A stretch of 64,000 bases of DNA from a bacterium (GCA_963675295.2 CAXXKJ010000002.1:3360001-3424000), one strand, 5' to 3'; positions 17,628 to 28,508 are shown, counted from the stretch's first letter. Made by a program: numbers and translations. The notes: generated by a model not told the origin, from the letters alone.

Positions 17628-17710
17628 TGATGGTGAAAGGCATTATTCAGGCACGATGAGACGTCAGCGTAAGCATTCACACCCGTAGTCACGTTTCGAA
17701 GCAATCCCCA

Positions 17711-20700
17711 TCAGCGCAGCACAGTCATTCGTTGCGGTGAACTCTGGCCACCGTTCCATGTCAGTTGGGCGAAATAGGTGCCGGAGGCGTGTGTGGCGGC
17801 GTTCCAGACCATCGTTTGCGTGCCTGAGCTGGAAGCAGCCAGCGGGACCGTCGCGACACGTTGCCCGAGCACATTGCTGATGACGACGCGCAAGTTCGCG
17901 CCGGACCAGCCGCCGGGCACCATCACCTGAAGCGTAACCGACGGATTAGCCGGGTTCGGAAAAACGGGTAGCAGCGTGGGGACTCCGGGCATTGTCGCAG
18001 AGTCTATGGATTCCGAACCTCGCAGTGGTCCGTCTGGCACACTCACGTACCCGCCCGCGAAGGTGAACACCGCTCCGGCGCCATACAATTCCTGCCCGAT
18101 CTGGCCGGACAGCTGGGAGCCGTCACGCAGGTCCTCGAGCGGGATGTACAGGTTGGGATCGTTGTAGCCGATTTCCGGGCTGTCGTCAATCATGGCTTGG
18201 GGTATGTTTGGCGGCAACGAGTACCAGACCGGCTCATTCATCCGGTCGAGGATGCGTCCGAGCAACGTGGCAACATTCGGATCGAGCTGGTTTCCGGCGG
18301 TTTCGTACGCTTCCCGCAGGTAGCGGTAGACTTCGTGCTGTTCCTTCGCCGCGATATAATGGATCGTGTGCATCGCGTTGAAGCCGCCCATGACGGTATA
18401 ATCGGCCGCATACCCGAAATCGGATTCGTACAGCCACGCATGCCGCAACAAATTCCCCAGCGACAGGTTGAGCAGGTCAAGGTACTCCGGATCGTCGGTG
18501 ATGTCGTAGAGTTTCGCGCACGCCGCCGCCGAAGCCGCGGTCATATGCATCTCGTACGTCATGTCCATGCCGGTGCCGCGCAAGGCCTGAATCGACGCCT
18601 CAGCCTCATTGAGGTACAGATCGTTATCGCTGTGATACCACAGGGCGAGCATCAGCCACGCGTACGCACCGGCGACATCGGGTTCACTACCGCTGATCGG
18701 CTCCCAGGTTCCATACTCGAAGAACACCGGGAAGTGGTAATCGACATGGCGTGCGAAGGCGATCACCGCCGGCACGGAATCATACAGCAGGTCGCGCGCG
18801 GTCGGGTTTCCCAGCAGCATCAACCGGGCGAGATCGCAGTGCAGTTGGATGGTGTACCAGCTATCACCACCGGAAATCCCGGTGTTTGGCGCGTTGTTGA
18901 CAAAGGTCTGGTGCTCTTCGTTCCAGAAATACGGCAGCGTCGCGGTCAAAGTGGACGCCAGTTGCTCGCCGTCCGGATCATCGTTGTACTCGAGCCATGA
19001 GCTCAACGCAACCAGTACATCGAGCTGGGCAATCGCCTCGGCTGCTCCGGGACGATCGGCGCCGACATACGCCCGCAGCATCGGCTGTGTGCCGACCGTG
19101 GTCCAGCAATCGTCCGTATTCAGCAGGTTGTCGATGGCCACACCGGCTGTGTTCGCCCAATCATGCTGTTCCGGTCCCTGCCACCAGCTTTCGACCTGCA
19201 GTGCCCGGGCCACTCCGGATGAATACCGTGAGGCGACGTCGATTTCATCCGCCGGATAACCGGGCTGCAGCTCGAGATGTGAGCGCGCCAGAGTAACGGA
19301 CGGGCTGGACACCGGTCCATTGGCCAACGGAGGCCGGAAACCGAAGCCGTTCTCGTTGCCCCCCACTCCCTGCACTGGCAATTCGTCGGCAAGTTGGAAC
19401 CATTCATCCCAGACCGTGAGGTACTCAAAAAGTAGAGCGGTGCCCTGGATCACCTCGGTGTCTTCAATCAACACGGCCGGAGTCGCGTACGGCTGCTGCA
19501 CACTGTGAACGGCTACTGTTGTTGGTACCGGGTCCCCATTCTCCGCAAACTGTACCGGCCAGGTGGACGTGGTGAACTCGGCCCCATCCATACCGCTAGC
19601 CTCACATTCCCACGAGAACCAGCCGGGCACGGCGGTCACATAGAGCGTCGTCGTGGTCGATCCCCAGGCATGATCCTTTTCCCAGACCAGGTTGTAGGTC
19701 GACCATTCTTCAGAAACGGTGAAACTGGTCGCGCCGGTCAGCAGATCGAGCCCAAACCCGTTCAACGGCAGCATCAGGTGACGATCCTGCCCCTGCGATG
19801 TGAGATAGACAACGTCTCCGGTTTCCGTCTCATGCCAGTAAATCGTGTAGCTGCCTGAGATCAGCTCGGCGTGGGTTGCCGACCAGTCCACGAGGATGAC
19901 ATCGCCTTCGCTGGCGGGCTCAATGCCGACTAAGATGTGTTCCGGGTCGCCGTCGATGCCGTCCGGATCGTCCAACACGACGCGCACGTCATACACCTGA
20001 TCCGTGAGTTCGCCGGTGTTGAGACGGAAGGTGCCGTCGACACGGTTCATCAGGCCGTGGTTGGTCCAATCCGACTGACCGGTGGGGCTGGTGAACAGGT
20101 CGGCGGTGGCGTTCTGGTTATCGTCTCCGCTGAAGGTCATGCGTGCGGAAATCGCGTCAACAATCCCGACGGCACTCAATTCGCCGGGCACCAGTTCATC
20201 TCCGAGCGGGATTGCTTCGATGTCGTCCACCCACACCTGTCCGGACGCCAGCGCACGTTTGCGCAGATCCCAGTCAGCGTAATGAGCATTCGCGGGCGCC
20301 TGCAACTCGACCATCACCTCGTACCAGCCTGCATTGCTCACGGACTGATCCAGCCAGACATAGTGGTCCGGCGCGATGAAGCCGCTCAGGTGTCCACTTG
20401 CCTGGCCGGTGCCGAAACGGATGACCATCGCCCAGCGGTGGTCGTCGTCGGAGGGGTTGGTGTTGACGTTTTCCTGCCACACCCACATCGAGAAACGGTA
20501 GTGTCCGCCGGGTTCGACGGGGAACGCATTGCTCACCCACCACGCTTCGCCCTGTGTGCCGGACTGCGCTTTCAGGCTGCGGTCGCCAGTGCGCGCGCGA
20601 TCGTCGGGCCAGGTGAGCGCGTTGGACGGGCCTTCCCGATAGAAATAGTCAGGTGTCGAACCGGAACCGTCCTCGACGGAACCGTTCGGGAGGACGGACT

Positions 20701-20767
20701 GCGCCCATGCTTGGGGAGTCATGAGCGCGAGTCCGAACAGCAACGAAAGGGTAATCGCGCGGGACAT
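17711..20767 (-). CDS. Secreted protein: CBM-like domain + unassigned helical (candidate glycosidase) domain + C-terminal sorting domain
   Basis: Signal peptide; NGSVE..GQVWVDD CBM-like module; FPNPANP..NVLGQRV..SGTYF tail. Confidence 0.7.
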   Translation of the reverse strand: MSRAITLSLLFGLALMTPQAWAQSVLPNGSVEDGSGSTPDYFYREGPSNALTWPDDRARTGDRSLKAQSGTQGEAWWVSNAFPVEPGGHYRFSMWVWQENVNTNPSDDDHRWAMVIRFGTGQASGHLSGFIAPDHYVWLDQSVSNAGWYEVMVELQAPANAHYADWDLRKRALASGQVWVDDIEAIPLGDELVPGELSAVGIVDAISARMTFSGDDNQNATADLFTSPTGQSDWTNHGLMNRVDGTFRLNTGELTDQVYDVRVVLDDPDGIDGDPEHILVGIEPASEGDVILVDWSATHAELISGSYTIYWHETETGDVVYLTSQGQDRHLMLPLNGFGLDLLTGATSFTVSEEWSTYNLVWEKDHAWGSTTTTLYVTAVPGWFSWECEASGMDGAEFTTSTWPVQFAENGDPVPTTVAVHSVQQPYATPAVLIEDTEVIQGTALLFEYLTVWDEWFQLADELPVQGVGGNENGFGFRPPLANGPVSSPSVTLARSHLELQPGYPADEIDVASRYSSGVARALQVESWWQGPEQHDWANTAGVAIDNLLNTDDCWTTVGTQPMLRAYVGADRPGAAEAIAQLDVLVALSSWLEYNDDPDGEQLASTLTATLPYFWNEEHQTFVNNAPNTGISGGDSWYTIQLHCDLARLMLLGNPTARDLLYDSVPAVIAFARHVDYHFPVFFEYGTWEPISGSEPDVAGAYAWLMLALWYHSDNDLYLNEAEASIQALRGTGMDMTYEMHMTAASAAACAKLYDITDDPEYLDLLNLSLGNLLRHAWLYESDFGYAADYTVMGGFNAMHTIHYIAAKEQHEVYRYLREAYETAGNQLDPNVATLLGRILDRMNEPVWYSLPPNIPQAMIDDSPEIGYNDPNLYIPLEDLRDGSQLSGQIGQELYGAGAVFTFAGGYVSVPDGPLRGSESIDSATMPGVPTLLPVFPNPANPSVTLQVMVPGGWSGANLRVVISNVLGQRVATVPLAASSSGTQTMVWNAATHASGTYFAQLTWNGGQSSPQRMTVLR

Positions 20768-20830
20768 GCTGTTTTCCTCCCTGACTGAAACGCGCCGGCA
20801 GTCCGGCGCGGGGGTGGTTAATCGTTGTGT

Positions 20831-21002
20831 GTCTTTGGTCTTTGGTCTGTGGTCTGTGGTCTTTAGTCAGTTGCCGAGGTCCGTAGTTCGCAGTCCGCCG
20901 TCCACAAAATGGTGCCCGTGATTGTCCGCCGGTCTGTTTCGGCGGCTATCGCGGGTCATCATCCCGCCAGAGCCTGGCTCCCGCAGTCCGCAGTCCGCAG
21001 CC
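20831..21002. repeat. Intergenic degenerate heptamer tandem repeats
   Basis: gtctttg x2, gtctgtg x2, gtcttta, gtccgta/gttcgca/gtccgcc; ccgcagt x2 + ccgcagc. Confidence 0.7.
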
Positions 21003-21249
21003 TATGTTGTGTGCACCGACCAGCTTGCTGGTCGGGATTTGCCGGTACTCGTCGACCACCGCAGCCCGCGACCGAGAACACCATGACACCCGACTTGGCA
21101 ACAGCACCATGCCAGGCCACACTCGCCCGGAAACGCCGTCACGCTTCATGTACCACGGACTCTAGTTTGTAGGTTTCTTTTTCAGTTTCGTCTTTTGCAT
21201 CTTTTGCGTCGGTTGCATCCGTTGCCTTGCCCATCGCCCACAGCCCCGT

Positions 21250-22284
21250 TCAGAACTGCACGCCGAGACTGTAGCGGAACACATTTTCCAGCCGCCCGAA
21301 GTCGGCGTAGGTGATGTCCGCGATGAATGCGACATTGCTGTGCAGACGATACCGCAGGCCGGCCCCGAGGGTCATGCCCTGCTCGCTGTCATCGAGGAAC
21401 AGGGTCTTGTAGCCGCCGCGCAGATACGCCCAATTGCGCATGTTGAGTTCGGCGCCAAGGTTGACGTACTCGTAGTTATTGTTCGGGTGCACGGCATCGA
21501 TCGCAGCGATCAGCTTGTATTCGGTACCGATATCCCACGGGTACGACAGCCCCGCCCGGAACGTCAGCGGCAACGACCACGTCTCGGTTTCCAGATTGCC
21601 CTGGATCTTGTCGTTATTTCCGGGATTGTTCGGATCGGTATCGTAGTAGATGCGGGTGTCACGGCCCGTCATCTGCATGTCACTGCCCCAGTTGCTGATC
21701 GACATGCCGAGCTTCAGCTTGTCGAACGGTGTGTCGAACAGCAGGCCCATGTCCAGCGCCACAGCGGACGCGTCCATGTGCCAGATGTACTGGCGCACGT
21801 ACTTCCCGGTGACACCGATACTCAGCTTGTCGGTCAGCATCGCGGCGAAGGACGCACCGAACGCCATGTCGCCAGCGTCGAAGTATTCACCCGTGCCGTC
21901 GGGCAGATCGACGGTACGAACCGCCATCTCGTCCATCGAGACCGTTGTCACGAACGCGCCGAACGCCATGTTGTTGCCCACCGGAATAACGCCGGAAACG
22001 TTGTCGAAGCTGATGTCGGCCAGCCACTCGGCGTGCACGAACATGGTTTCCGAATACGGCAGCCGTGCCATCCCGGCCGGGTTCCAGTAGATCGCGCTGG
22101 CGTCATTGGCGACCGCGACGAACGCGCCACCCATGGACGTTGCACGCGCTCCAACCCCGATCTCGAGGAATGTGGCGGCGGTGGTGCCGACCTTGGAGAC
22201 ATTGCTGACGAATTGTGCCTGTGCAATCGGAACGGCGAGCAGGACCGTCACCAGCACAGCGAGAATCAGGTACGTAGTTCTCAT
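21250..22284 (-). CDS. PorV/PorQ-family outer membrane protein
   Basis: FLEIGVGARATSMGGAFVAVANDASAIYWNPAG; C-terminal F. Confidence 0.88.
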   Translation of the reverse strand: MRTTYLILAVLVTVLLAVPIAQAQFVSNVSKVGTTAATFLEIGVGARATSMGGAFVAVANDASAIYWNPAGMARLPYSETMFVHAEWLADISFDNVSGVIPVGNNMAFGAFVTTVSMDEMAVRTVDLPDGTGEYFDAGDMAFGASFAAMLTDKLSIGVTGKYVRQYIWHMDASAVALDMGLLFDTPFDKLKLGMSISNWGSDMQMTGRDTRIYYDTDPNNPGNNDKIQGNLETETWSLPLTFRAGLSYPWDIGTEYKLIAAIDAVHPNNNYEYVNLGAELNMRNWAYLRGGYKTLFLDDSEQGMTLGAGLRYRLHSNVAFIADITYADFGRLENVFRYSLGVQF

Positions 22285-22295
22285 GGTCCCCTCCC

Positions 22296-25200
22296 CTATT
22301 TGATCACCGCGAATTTGCCGATGTGTTCACCAACTCCCGGCGCATCCACGTGGTACAGGTAGATGCCGTACGCGATGTCCATCCCGTCCTTGCTGACCAG
22401 GTTCCACGATTCCGCGCCGTTTTCCATCGGCTCGTTGTGGTAGATCGTGTCAACGAGATACCCCGCCATCGTGTAAATGCGGATCGTGCATTCCTTCGGC
22501 AGGTGGATGAAGTCGATTTTGCGTGGACCACGGCCTGAGGTAAAGTTCACCCGCGGTTCCCACTCCGCCGCGACGACATACGGATTCGGCACCACCGCGA
22601 TCCGGTCGAGCTGTTCCTTCTCGAGGCCGCGGTCCAGCTGTCCGTCATGCACGGTGAAGCGGTACCTGTCATCCGGGCTGAACGGGACAGGTGCGATGTA
22701 GCCCTGCCGGTCACCGGCGGAAGGCTCGAGAATCGGCGTATCGCCAAGCACGATCGTCGTGTCGAACCCAACCACAGTCGTGTCGATTGATCCGTTGTTG
22801 ACCAGGAAATAGTGGCCAAGGCCAAGGATGATCCGGCTCGGTTCTTCATCGAAAGTGAGTTTCGGCAGCACCCAGAAATCGTGCCGCACATCCACCGAAT
22901 CCCCTTGCCCGGTCGCGACTCGTACCGTGTCAGGCAGGTAAACGAAGTCGCAGGGCTCATCGAGTGTCAGGTTCCAGACCTGGAAATTGACAGGCACTTC
23001 CTTGAATGAGCCGAGCGTGGAGATGCTGGTGTCGACGATCTCGTCGCTGAACCGCACCTCGTAGGAATACGGCAGCTTCATCGACAGCATCAGACCGTTC
23101 TTGTCGCGGTAGAAATCGATGTTGCTGTGGTAGTTTGTCCCGCCAGCGTTCACGTACCAGGCGGTATCCAGCTCGATAGTTTCCATCTCGGCGTAGTCAA
23201 CGAAGCGATTGAACGGCAGCACGCTGATGCCATCGATCAATTCGGGTTCAAAGAATGACACCGCCTGATGCCAGTACTGCAACGTGTCGGCGTCCGGATC
23301 TTGGGTGAAGTACCGTCCGCGCCGCAACTGGTCGCTGATCCAGAAGATCGGATCGCCTTCCAAGTACGGGCCGAAATAGCCGAACACACCGGACGGGCTC
23401 TCGTATTTCAGCACGTCGTTGTTGCCGGTGATGTCATACAGCTGGAATCCATCGACGAAGTTGAGGAAGCTGTTGCCAAATGCCGTCGCAGGTGTGAACC
23501 GGACCTCGTAGGTGTGTCCATCGAGCAGCGAATCCGGATTCAGAATTTCGACCTGAATCTCGGCGTTCGAACTACCGTTGGCGTGTTCGACACCGTTCTC
23601 CAGTTGCGGAGGCGTATACCCGGCCGCGGGCGCATTGGGCGTGACCGTTGCCGTATTGATATCCAACGTGACCTCGCCGCCGACATCGCCGATGATCGTG
23701 CTCGTGCATTCGGTTGGCGCAATTCCGATGATGTTACCGCTCGGATCAAGTTCCGGCACGAAGCGGACGCGGACACTGTCGGACCCGTCGGCAGCGACCA
23801 GCGTATCGATCAGCGTCTCGCCCTCGATGTAGCCGTAATCGTACGAGACGACCGCGTAGTAATACGGCATCCCGTTGGTGACGTCGGTATCGACGAATGA
23901 GTGGCGCAGACCAGTATCTTCGCCGAGATCGAATGTCGCGCCGTACACGTTGACGGGATGTGGGCCGTAGCGTCCATCATCCAGGTCAAACTGCACGAGT
24001 GGGTTGCGGAAGGTCGGATTGCCGTACGCGTCAGTCACGATCTTCGAATCGATGAAACTCGGGTCGGTGCTGCGGTAGATCCGGTACCCTTCGAAATCGT
24101 ATTCCTGCAGGAACCGGTCGTACGAATCTTCCGCGCGGGTATCCCAGTACAACGTGACCTTGTTGTCACCAGCGTTCGCGGTGATTGTCGGCTTGTACGG
24201 CGGCTGCGCGAAGTTGTAATTCGCGTTGTAGATCGCCTGCACCGTTTTCTTGTTACGGATCAGGTCGTCTTCGTTATTGCCGAACAGCAGCGCCATGCTG
24301 AACCGTTCGGTCTGGCCAACCGCCAGCGGGAACTTGCCGGAGGCGAACAGCATCCCGAGGTTGACGCCTTCCAGCTGCTCATCCGTCGGCGGTGTCAAGC
24401 GCCCGAGTACTTCCCAATTCTGTTCCTCGTCGATCAACTGGTAGGCGTGCAGCGCGAAAATGAGGAACGCCGTCAGGCCGATCTGGTCAGATTCATCCTT
24501 ATCCAGCGCGTCGAAATCGGGTTCGCCGGGAGTCGGTAGACCGTCACCCTCGCCCTCGTCCGGCATGATGTAGCTGGGGTCGTTGGGACCGACGCCATCG
24601 AGGCCGACATCATCGTTCAGCGGTTCTGTTGGATCCCATTCGCCGTTCTCGTTGACATCGAGGTACGGATCCCAGTCGCCATCGTTGTCGATACCGTCCG
24701 CGCGGGATTCGTCAACAATGCCGTCTTCGTCGTTGTCGATGCCGTCGGTTTCGTTGCCCGGCGATTCGAGGTAGGCAAATCCAGCGTACCCGACCGGTGC
24801 CCAGCCGAGATCGCCCTCGCCATCACCGTCCCATGCATACGCCAGGTCGATGTCCGTGAAATAGGAACCGGCGTCATCGGAGGAGTTGTCCGTCCCCCCG
24901 AGTCCCCAGTCGATCAGGAAGCCGAAGATGGCTTTGTCGTAGTCGGTTTTCCCGATGTTCTCAATGTCGTAGTGCCAGAAGATGCAGTCTTCCGCGAGCA
25001 CGTGATTCCACTGGAACGCGCGCACGCCGACGTTCAACCCCAACCCACGCCGCAACTCATCGTCTGGATCGGGGTAAAACTCGTACTCGCTGTCCTTGGC
25101 GTCATCCATCCGGAAGTAGGTTTCCAGGTCAGCGTTGAACACCCCGCGCCCGAAGTACCCGTTCCAGTATCCGTCCCATGCCGCGTCGCGGTCCGGCCAG

Positions 25201-25649
25201 GTCCACGGCCAAGTCGACTCGAGATCCGACATCGCCGGTTCATCCTGGTTCGGGTTGGCGTAGCCGGGTAGCGGTTCCCAACCCATCGCCTCTCCGGTGA
25301 CCGGATCGTAGTCAATATCCTCGCGATACTGCGCCGACATCGGATGAATCAGGTTGCCATTGACGTCGTACGTTTCCGCCATCACCAGCATCGCGACGCC
25401 GTCGATGTAACTGTGGTTCGTGCCTTTCGGCCACACTCCGGACGGCTGCGTCGGCCAGTTGGCGATCATCCCGTAGTTGAAGAACTGGGTCACGACCTGG
25501 TTGCCGTCCATGATGCCGCGTTTGCGGTGTTGACGGCTACCGTAGGGTCCTTCCGCGTAAGCCTGCCCCAGCAGACCGGCTGCGAGCACCAGCGCCAGGA
25601 TGGAGGCCGGCGTCGCCCAACGGCTGATTCTGCGAACTGCTGCGCTCAT
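22296..25649 (-). CDS. Large secreted protein typical of TonB-PorV loci
   Basis: Signal peptide; DGIDND repeats; DFEGYRIYRS; VVPNPY..RIYTMAG..GIYLYHV tail. Confidence 0.8.
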   Translation of the reverse strand: MSAAVRRISRWATPASILALVLAAGLLGQAYAEGPYGSRQHRKRGIMDGNQVVTQFFNYGMIANWPTQPSGVWPKGTNHSYIDGVAMLVMAETYDVNGNLIHPMSAQYREDIDYDPVTGEAMGWEPLPGYANPNQDEPAMSDLESTWPWTWPDRDAAWDGYWNGYFGRGVFNADLETYFRMDDAKDSEYEFYPDPDDELRRGLGLNVGVRAFQWNHVLAEDCIFWHYDIENIGKTDYDKAIFGFLIDWGLGGTDNSSDDAGSYFTDIDLAYAWDGDGEGDLGWAPVGYAGFAYLESPGNETDGIDNDEDGIVDESRADGIDNDGDWDPYLDVNENGEWDPTEPLNDDVGLDGVGPNDPSYIMPDEGEGDGLPTPGEPDFDALDKDESDQIGLTAFLIFALHAYQLIDEEQNWEVLGRLTPPTDEQLEGVNLGMLFASGKFPLAVGQTERFSMALLFGNNEDDLIRNKKTVQAIYNANYNFAQPPYKPTITANAGDNKVTLYWDTRAEDSYDRFLQEYDFEGYRIYRSTDPSFIDSKIVTDAYGNPTFRNPLVQFDLDDGRYGPHPVNVYGATFDLGEDTGLRHSFVDTDVTNGMPYYYAVVSYDYGYIEGETLIDTLVAADGSDSVRVRFVPELDPSGNIIGIAPTECTSTIIGDVGGEVTLDINTATVTPNAPAAGYTPPQLENGVEHANGSSNAEIQVEILNPDSLLDGHTYEVRFTPATAFGNSFLNFVDGFQLYDITGNNDVLKYESPSGVFGYFGPYLEGDPIFWISDQLRRGRYFTQDPDADTLQYWHQAVSFFEPELIDGISVLPFNRFVDYAEMETIELDTAWYVNAGGTNYHSNIDFYRDKNGLMLSMKLPYSYEVRFSDEIVDTSISTLGSFKEVPVNFQVWNLTLDEPCDFVYLPDTVRVATGQGDSVDVRHDFWVLPKLTFDEEPSRIILGLGHYFLVNNGSIDTTVVGFDTTIVLGDTPILEPSAGDRQGYIAPVPFSPDDRYRFTVHDGQLDRGLEKEQLDRIAVVPNPYVVAAEWEPRVNFTSGRGPRKIDFIHLPKECTIRIYTMAGYLVDTIYHNEPMENGAESWNLVSKDGMDIAYGIYLYHVDAPGVGEHIGKFAVIK

Positions 25650-25658
25650 GCCACCTCC

Positions 25659-28508
25659 TTAGAATGAAAGGCTCACGCCGAGTTTGACCTGACGGGGCGC
25701 GCTGTACCAATCGGTGCGCGTGAAGTAGTCATCCAGCGAGTTTACCCCGCGCACACTCACCGGCTGCGTCGATTCAATGGTGTAGGTCGCTCGTCCCGTA
25801 TCCGTGTACACGTCGTTCTCGTTCTTTGTGTCGAACACGTTATACACCGACAGGATCACGGCGGCCTGCATCCGGTCGTTGATCGGGAACTGTTTTACCG
25901 CCTTGAGGTCAACGCTGTGCCGGACCGGTTTGCGCGAATCGTTCTCTTCGCCTTCCGGCGCCAGCCACGGGTTCGAGGTGTACGGCAGGCCGCTGCCCAG
26001 GCGTCCGATCAATCCCACCTGCCAGCTGCCGGGCTCGCCGATGGTCAGGGTGCCGTTCAGGGTATGGGTCTGGTCCCAGTCCAGCGGACGCACCTTCTTT
26101 TCCACCTCGCGCGGCGGATCGGTCTGGTTGTCGTAGAACGCGTCCAGCGGATCGCTGCTGTTGCCTTCCGCGATCTGGTAGGTGTAATCGACACCGAACG
26201 AGAAGCCGTCGATCATGCGGCGGTTGAAGGATAGCGTCAACCCGCGCACATTTCCGTAATCCTTGTTGATGTACCGGGCGTACATCGTTTGATCGTACTG
26301 CGTTTGGAGTTCGACACCCAGCAGGTTGCGAATATCCTTGTAGAACCCGGTTACTTCCATCCCGAGGTCGGGCGTGATCGCCTGCCGGAAGCCGATTTCA
26401 TACATCACCGTCTTCTGCGGCTTCAGCTCGGCGTTTCCGATGATCGTTGACAGGTTGCCCGAAACGACTTCGAAATCCGGATTGTAGTACAGGTACTGGA
26501 ATGGCGGCACCTGAAAGAAGTGCCCGTAGCTGAAGTGGATTACTCCGGACTCAGTCAACGGGAAGGCGACACCGATTCGCGGGCTGAACTGCGTGTGCCC
26601 CTTCGCCTGGCGGTACTTGTAGTGCCAGTAGTTGTAGCTGCCGTCTTCGTTGGTCGGGTTCACCGGATCCAACCCGTCCACGTTCTGGCCCGTGTTGTAA
26701 TCGTAGATCGACAGCAGGTCATTGCCGGGGTCCTTCAGGTCGGTCGGCACCAGCGCGTCCGGGTGGAAGTAATCGAGACGCACGCCGAGATTCACCACCA
26801 TCGACTTGTATTCGATCTTGTCCTGCAGGTAGCTGGCGAAACTCAGCGGCCGGTGGCCCTTATCGTCGAACGGAAATCCGCCGAGCGGGCTATCCGCATC
26901 GCCACCGGGGTAGGTGTTGAAGTAGACTGACTGCCGTTCGATCACCTGGCGGTCGAGGTCATCATCCCAGATCAGCTTGAACTCGCGCAGTTCCATCTGA
27001 TACTGCGACAGGTCGAGGCCGAACTTGAACTGATTCAGACGGTCAAGTTGATGATTCAGGTCGAACTTGAGTCCGGCCTTCCGCGTTTTCCGCCAGTGGT
27101 TCCACATCCCCTGCCCGCCGGTGTAGAACGCGTAGTTCTGTGCGTCCTCCAGCCGGTCCGGGTTGACATACGCCGGATCAAAGGGATCTTCGTGGACATA
27201 GTAGCGGTGTTCGTTCTCGGTGTACGACAGGTTGAGGTTGTAGAACGTGCGCGAACCGAGCACATGGTTGATCCCGAGCACGTTGTTCCAGCCCTCGCTG
27301 AAGCGGTAGTACAAGCCGTCCGGATTGTACTTGAACAAGCGCGGATCTTCGAACGTTTCGTCGGAACGGCCGTCCAGGTTGCGGAACTCGATGTGGTCGC
27401 GCATGAACGAATACGTCAGCTTCAATTCCGGCGTCATGAACCAGCTCAGCTTCAGCTGGCCGCTGAGTTTGTCGAGCGGATTCAGGCTGACAAGCTCCTC
27501 GTCGCCGCTGGATTCGACGTACCACTCATCCGGGTTGGTGCTGGAGAAATCGCTGGAATCCGAGGGCACAAAAACCCGTTCGCCATAGAGATGTCCGTTG
27601 TCGGACAACATCCGGCCGGTGGCGAAAAAGGTCACCCTGTCATTGGTGAACGGGACCGGTCCATCGAGGCTCAGCTTGTAATCCTGCAGGTGGCCGGCGC
27701 TGAGATCGTCCATCCACGTCTCGCCCTGGTTCGGTCCGAGACCGATGTCGAGCGAGCGGGTGGAAACGTAGTCGCCGATGGCCATCTGCACCGAGCCTCC
27801 GTACTCCTTCCGGCTGCCATCCTTGGTCACCACGTTGACCACGCCGCTCATCGCCTGGCCGTATTCGGCGTTGAACGTACCGGCGATCACCTGGATTTCC
27901 TGGATCGCGGCGTTCTCAACCTGGTTGGACGTTTCCCGTCCAAACGGGTCGCCGGCGCTGTAAGGGTCGGAGATGATGACGCCGTCCACCATGTACACCA
28001 CTTCGCTCGACCGGCCGCCACGGAAGTGTCCATCGACAACACCGGCCTGCAGCTGGACGACATCGCCGAAGTTTTCCGCCGGGATCGCTTCGATCTCCTC
28101 CGATCCGACCGAGACTTCGGTTGAGGTGACGTCCATCCTGACCACCGGTTTTTCCGCGATCAGGGTCACCGCCTCAGCTTGGATGGCCTGCGACTGCAAC
28201 TCCACGTTGAGGGTCACCGTCCGGTCGATGGATACCTGCACGTTCGACAGTTCCAGCGTGTTGTAGCCGAGGTAACTGTAGCGAACGGTGTAGGTTCCGG
28301 GGGACACGTTGAGAATGATGTACTCACCGTCGAGATCGGTCGTACCTCCGCGGTACGTGTCGACCACGAGCACATTGGCTCCGATGATCGGTTCTCCAGT
28401 CTCGGCATCTATGACGGTACCGGCAATTTTGCCGGTGGTACCCGCGAACACGGACACCAGCGGTAACATTGCAACCAGTACCAGGATGGGGATGAGTTTT
28501 CGTTTCAT
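25659..28508 (-). CDS. TonB-dependent receptor
   Basis: GTTGKIAG carboxypeptidase-like N-domain; RGGRSSE..YMVDG, GTFNAEYGQAMSGVVN plug; terminal F. Confidence 0.93.
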   Translation of the reverse strand: MKRKLIPILVLVAMLPLVSVFAGTTGKIAGTVIDAETGEPIIGANVLVVDTYRGGTTDLDGEYIILNVSPGTYTVRYSYLGYNTLELSNVQVSIDRTVTLNVELQSQAIQAEAVTLIAEKPVVRMDVTSTEVSVGSEEIEAIPAENFGDVVQLQAGVVDGHFRGGRSSEVVYMVDGVIISDPYSAGDPFGRETSNQVENAAIQEIQVIAGTFNAEYGQAMSGVVNVVTKDGSRKEYGGSVQMAIGDYVSTRSLDIGLGPNQGETWMDDLSAGHLQDYKLSLDGPVPFTNDRVTFFATGRMLSDNGHLYGERVFVPSDSSDFSSTNPDEWYVESSGDEELVSLNPLDKLSGQLKLSWFMTPELKLTYSFMRDHIEFRNLDGRSDETFEDPRLFKYNPDGLYYRFSEGWNNVLGINHVLGSRTFYNLNLSYTENEHRYYVHEDPFDPAYVNPDRLEDAQNYAFYTGGQGMWNHWRKTRKAGLKFDLNHQLDRLNQFKFGLDLSQYQMELREFKLIWDDDLDRQVIERQSVYFNTYPGGDADSPLGGFPFDDKGHRPLSFASYLQDKIEYKSMVVNLGVRLDYFHPDALVPTDLKDPGNDLLSIYDYNTGQNVDGLDPVNPTNEDGSYNYWHYKYRQAKGHTQFSPRIGVAFPLTESGVIHFSYGHFFQVPPFQYLYYNPDFEVVSGNLSTIIGNAELKPQKTVMYEIGFRQAITPDLGMEVTGFYKDIRNLLGVELQTQYDQTMYARYINKDYGNVRGLTLSFNRRMIDGFSFGVDYTYQIAEGNSSDPLDAFYDNQTDPPREVEKKVRPLDWDQTHTLNGTLTIGEPGSWQVGLIGRLGSGLPYTSNPWLAPEGEENDSRKPVRHSVDLKAVKQFPINDRMQAAVILSVYNVFDTKNENDVYTDTGRATYTIESTQPVSVRGVNSLDDYFTRTDWYSAPRQVKLGVSLSF

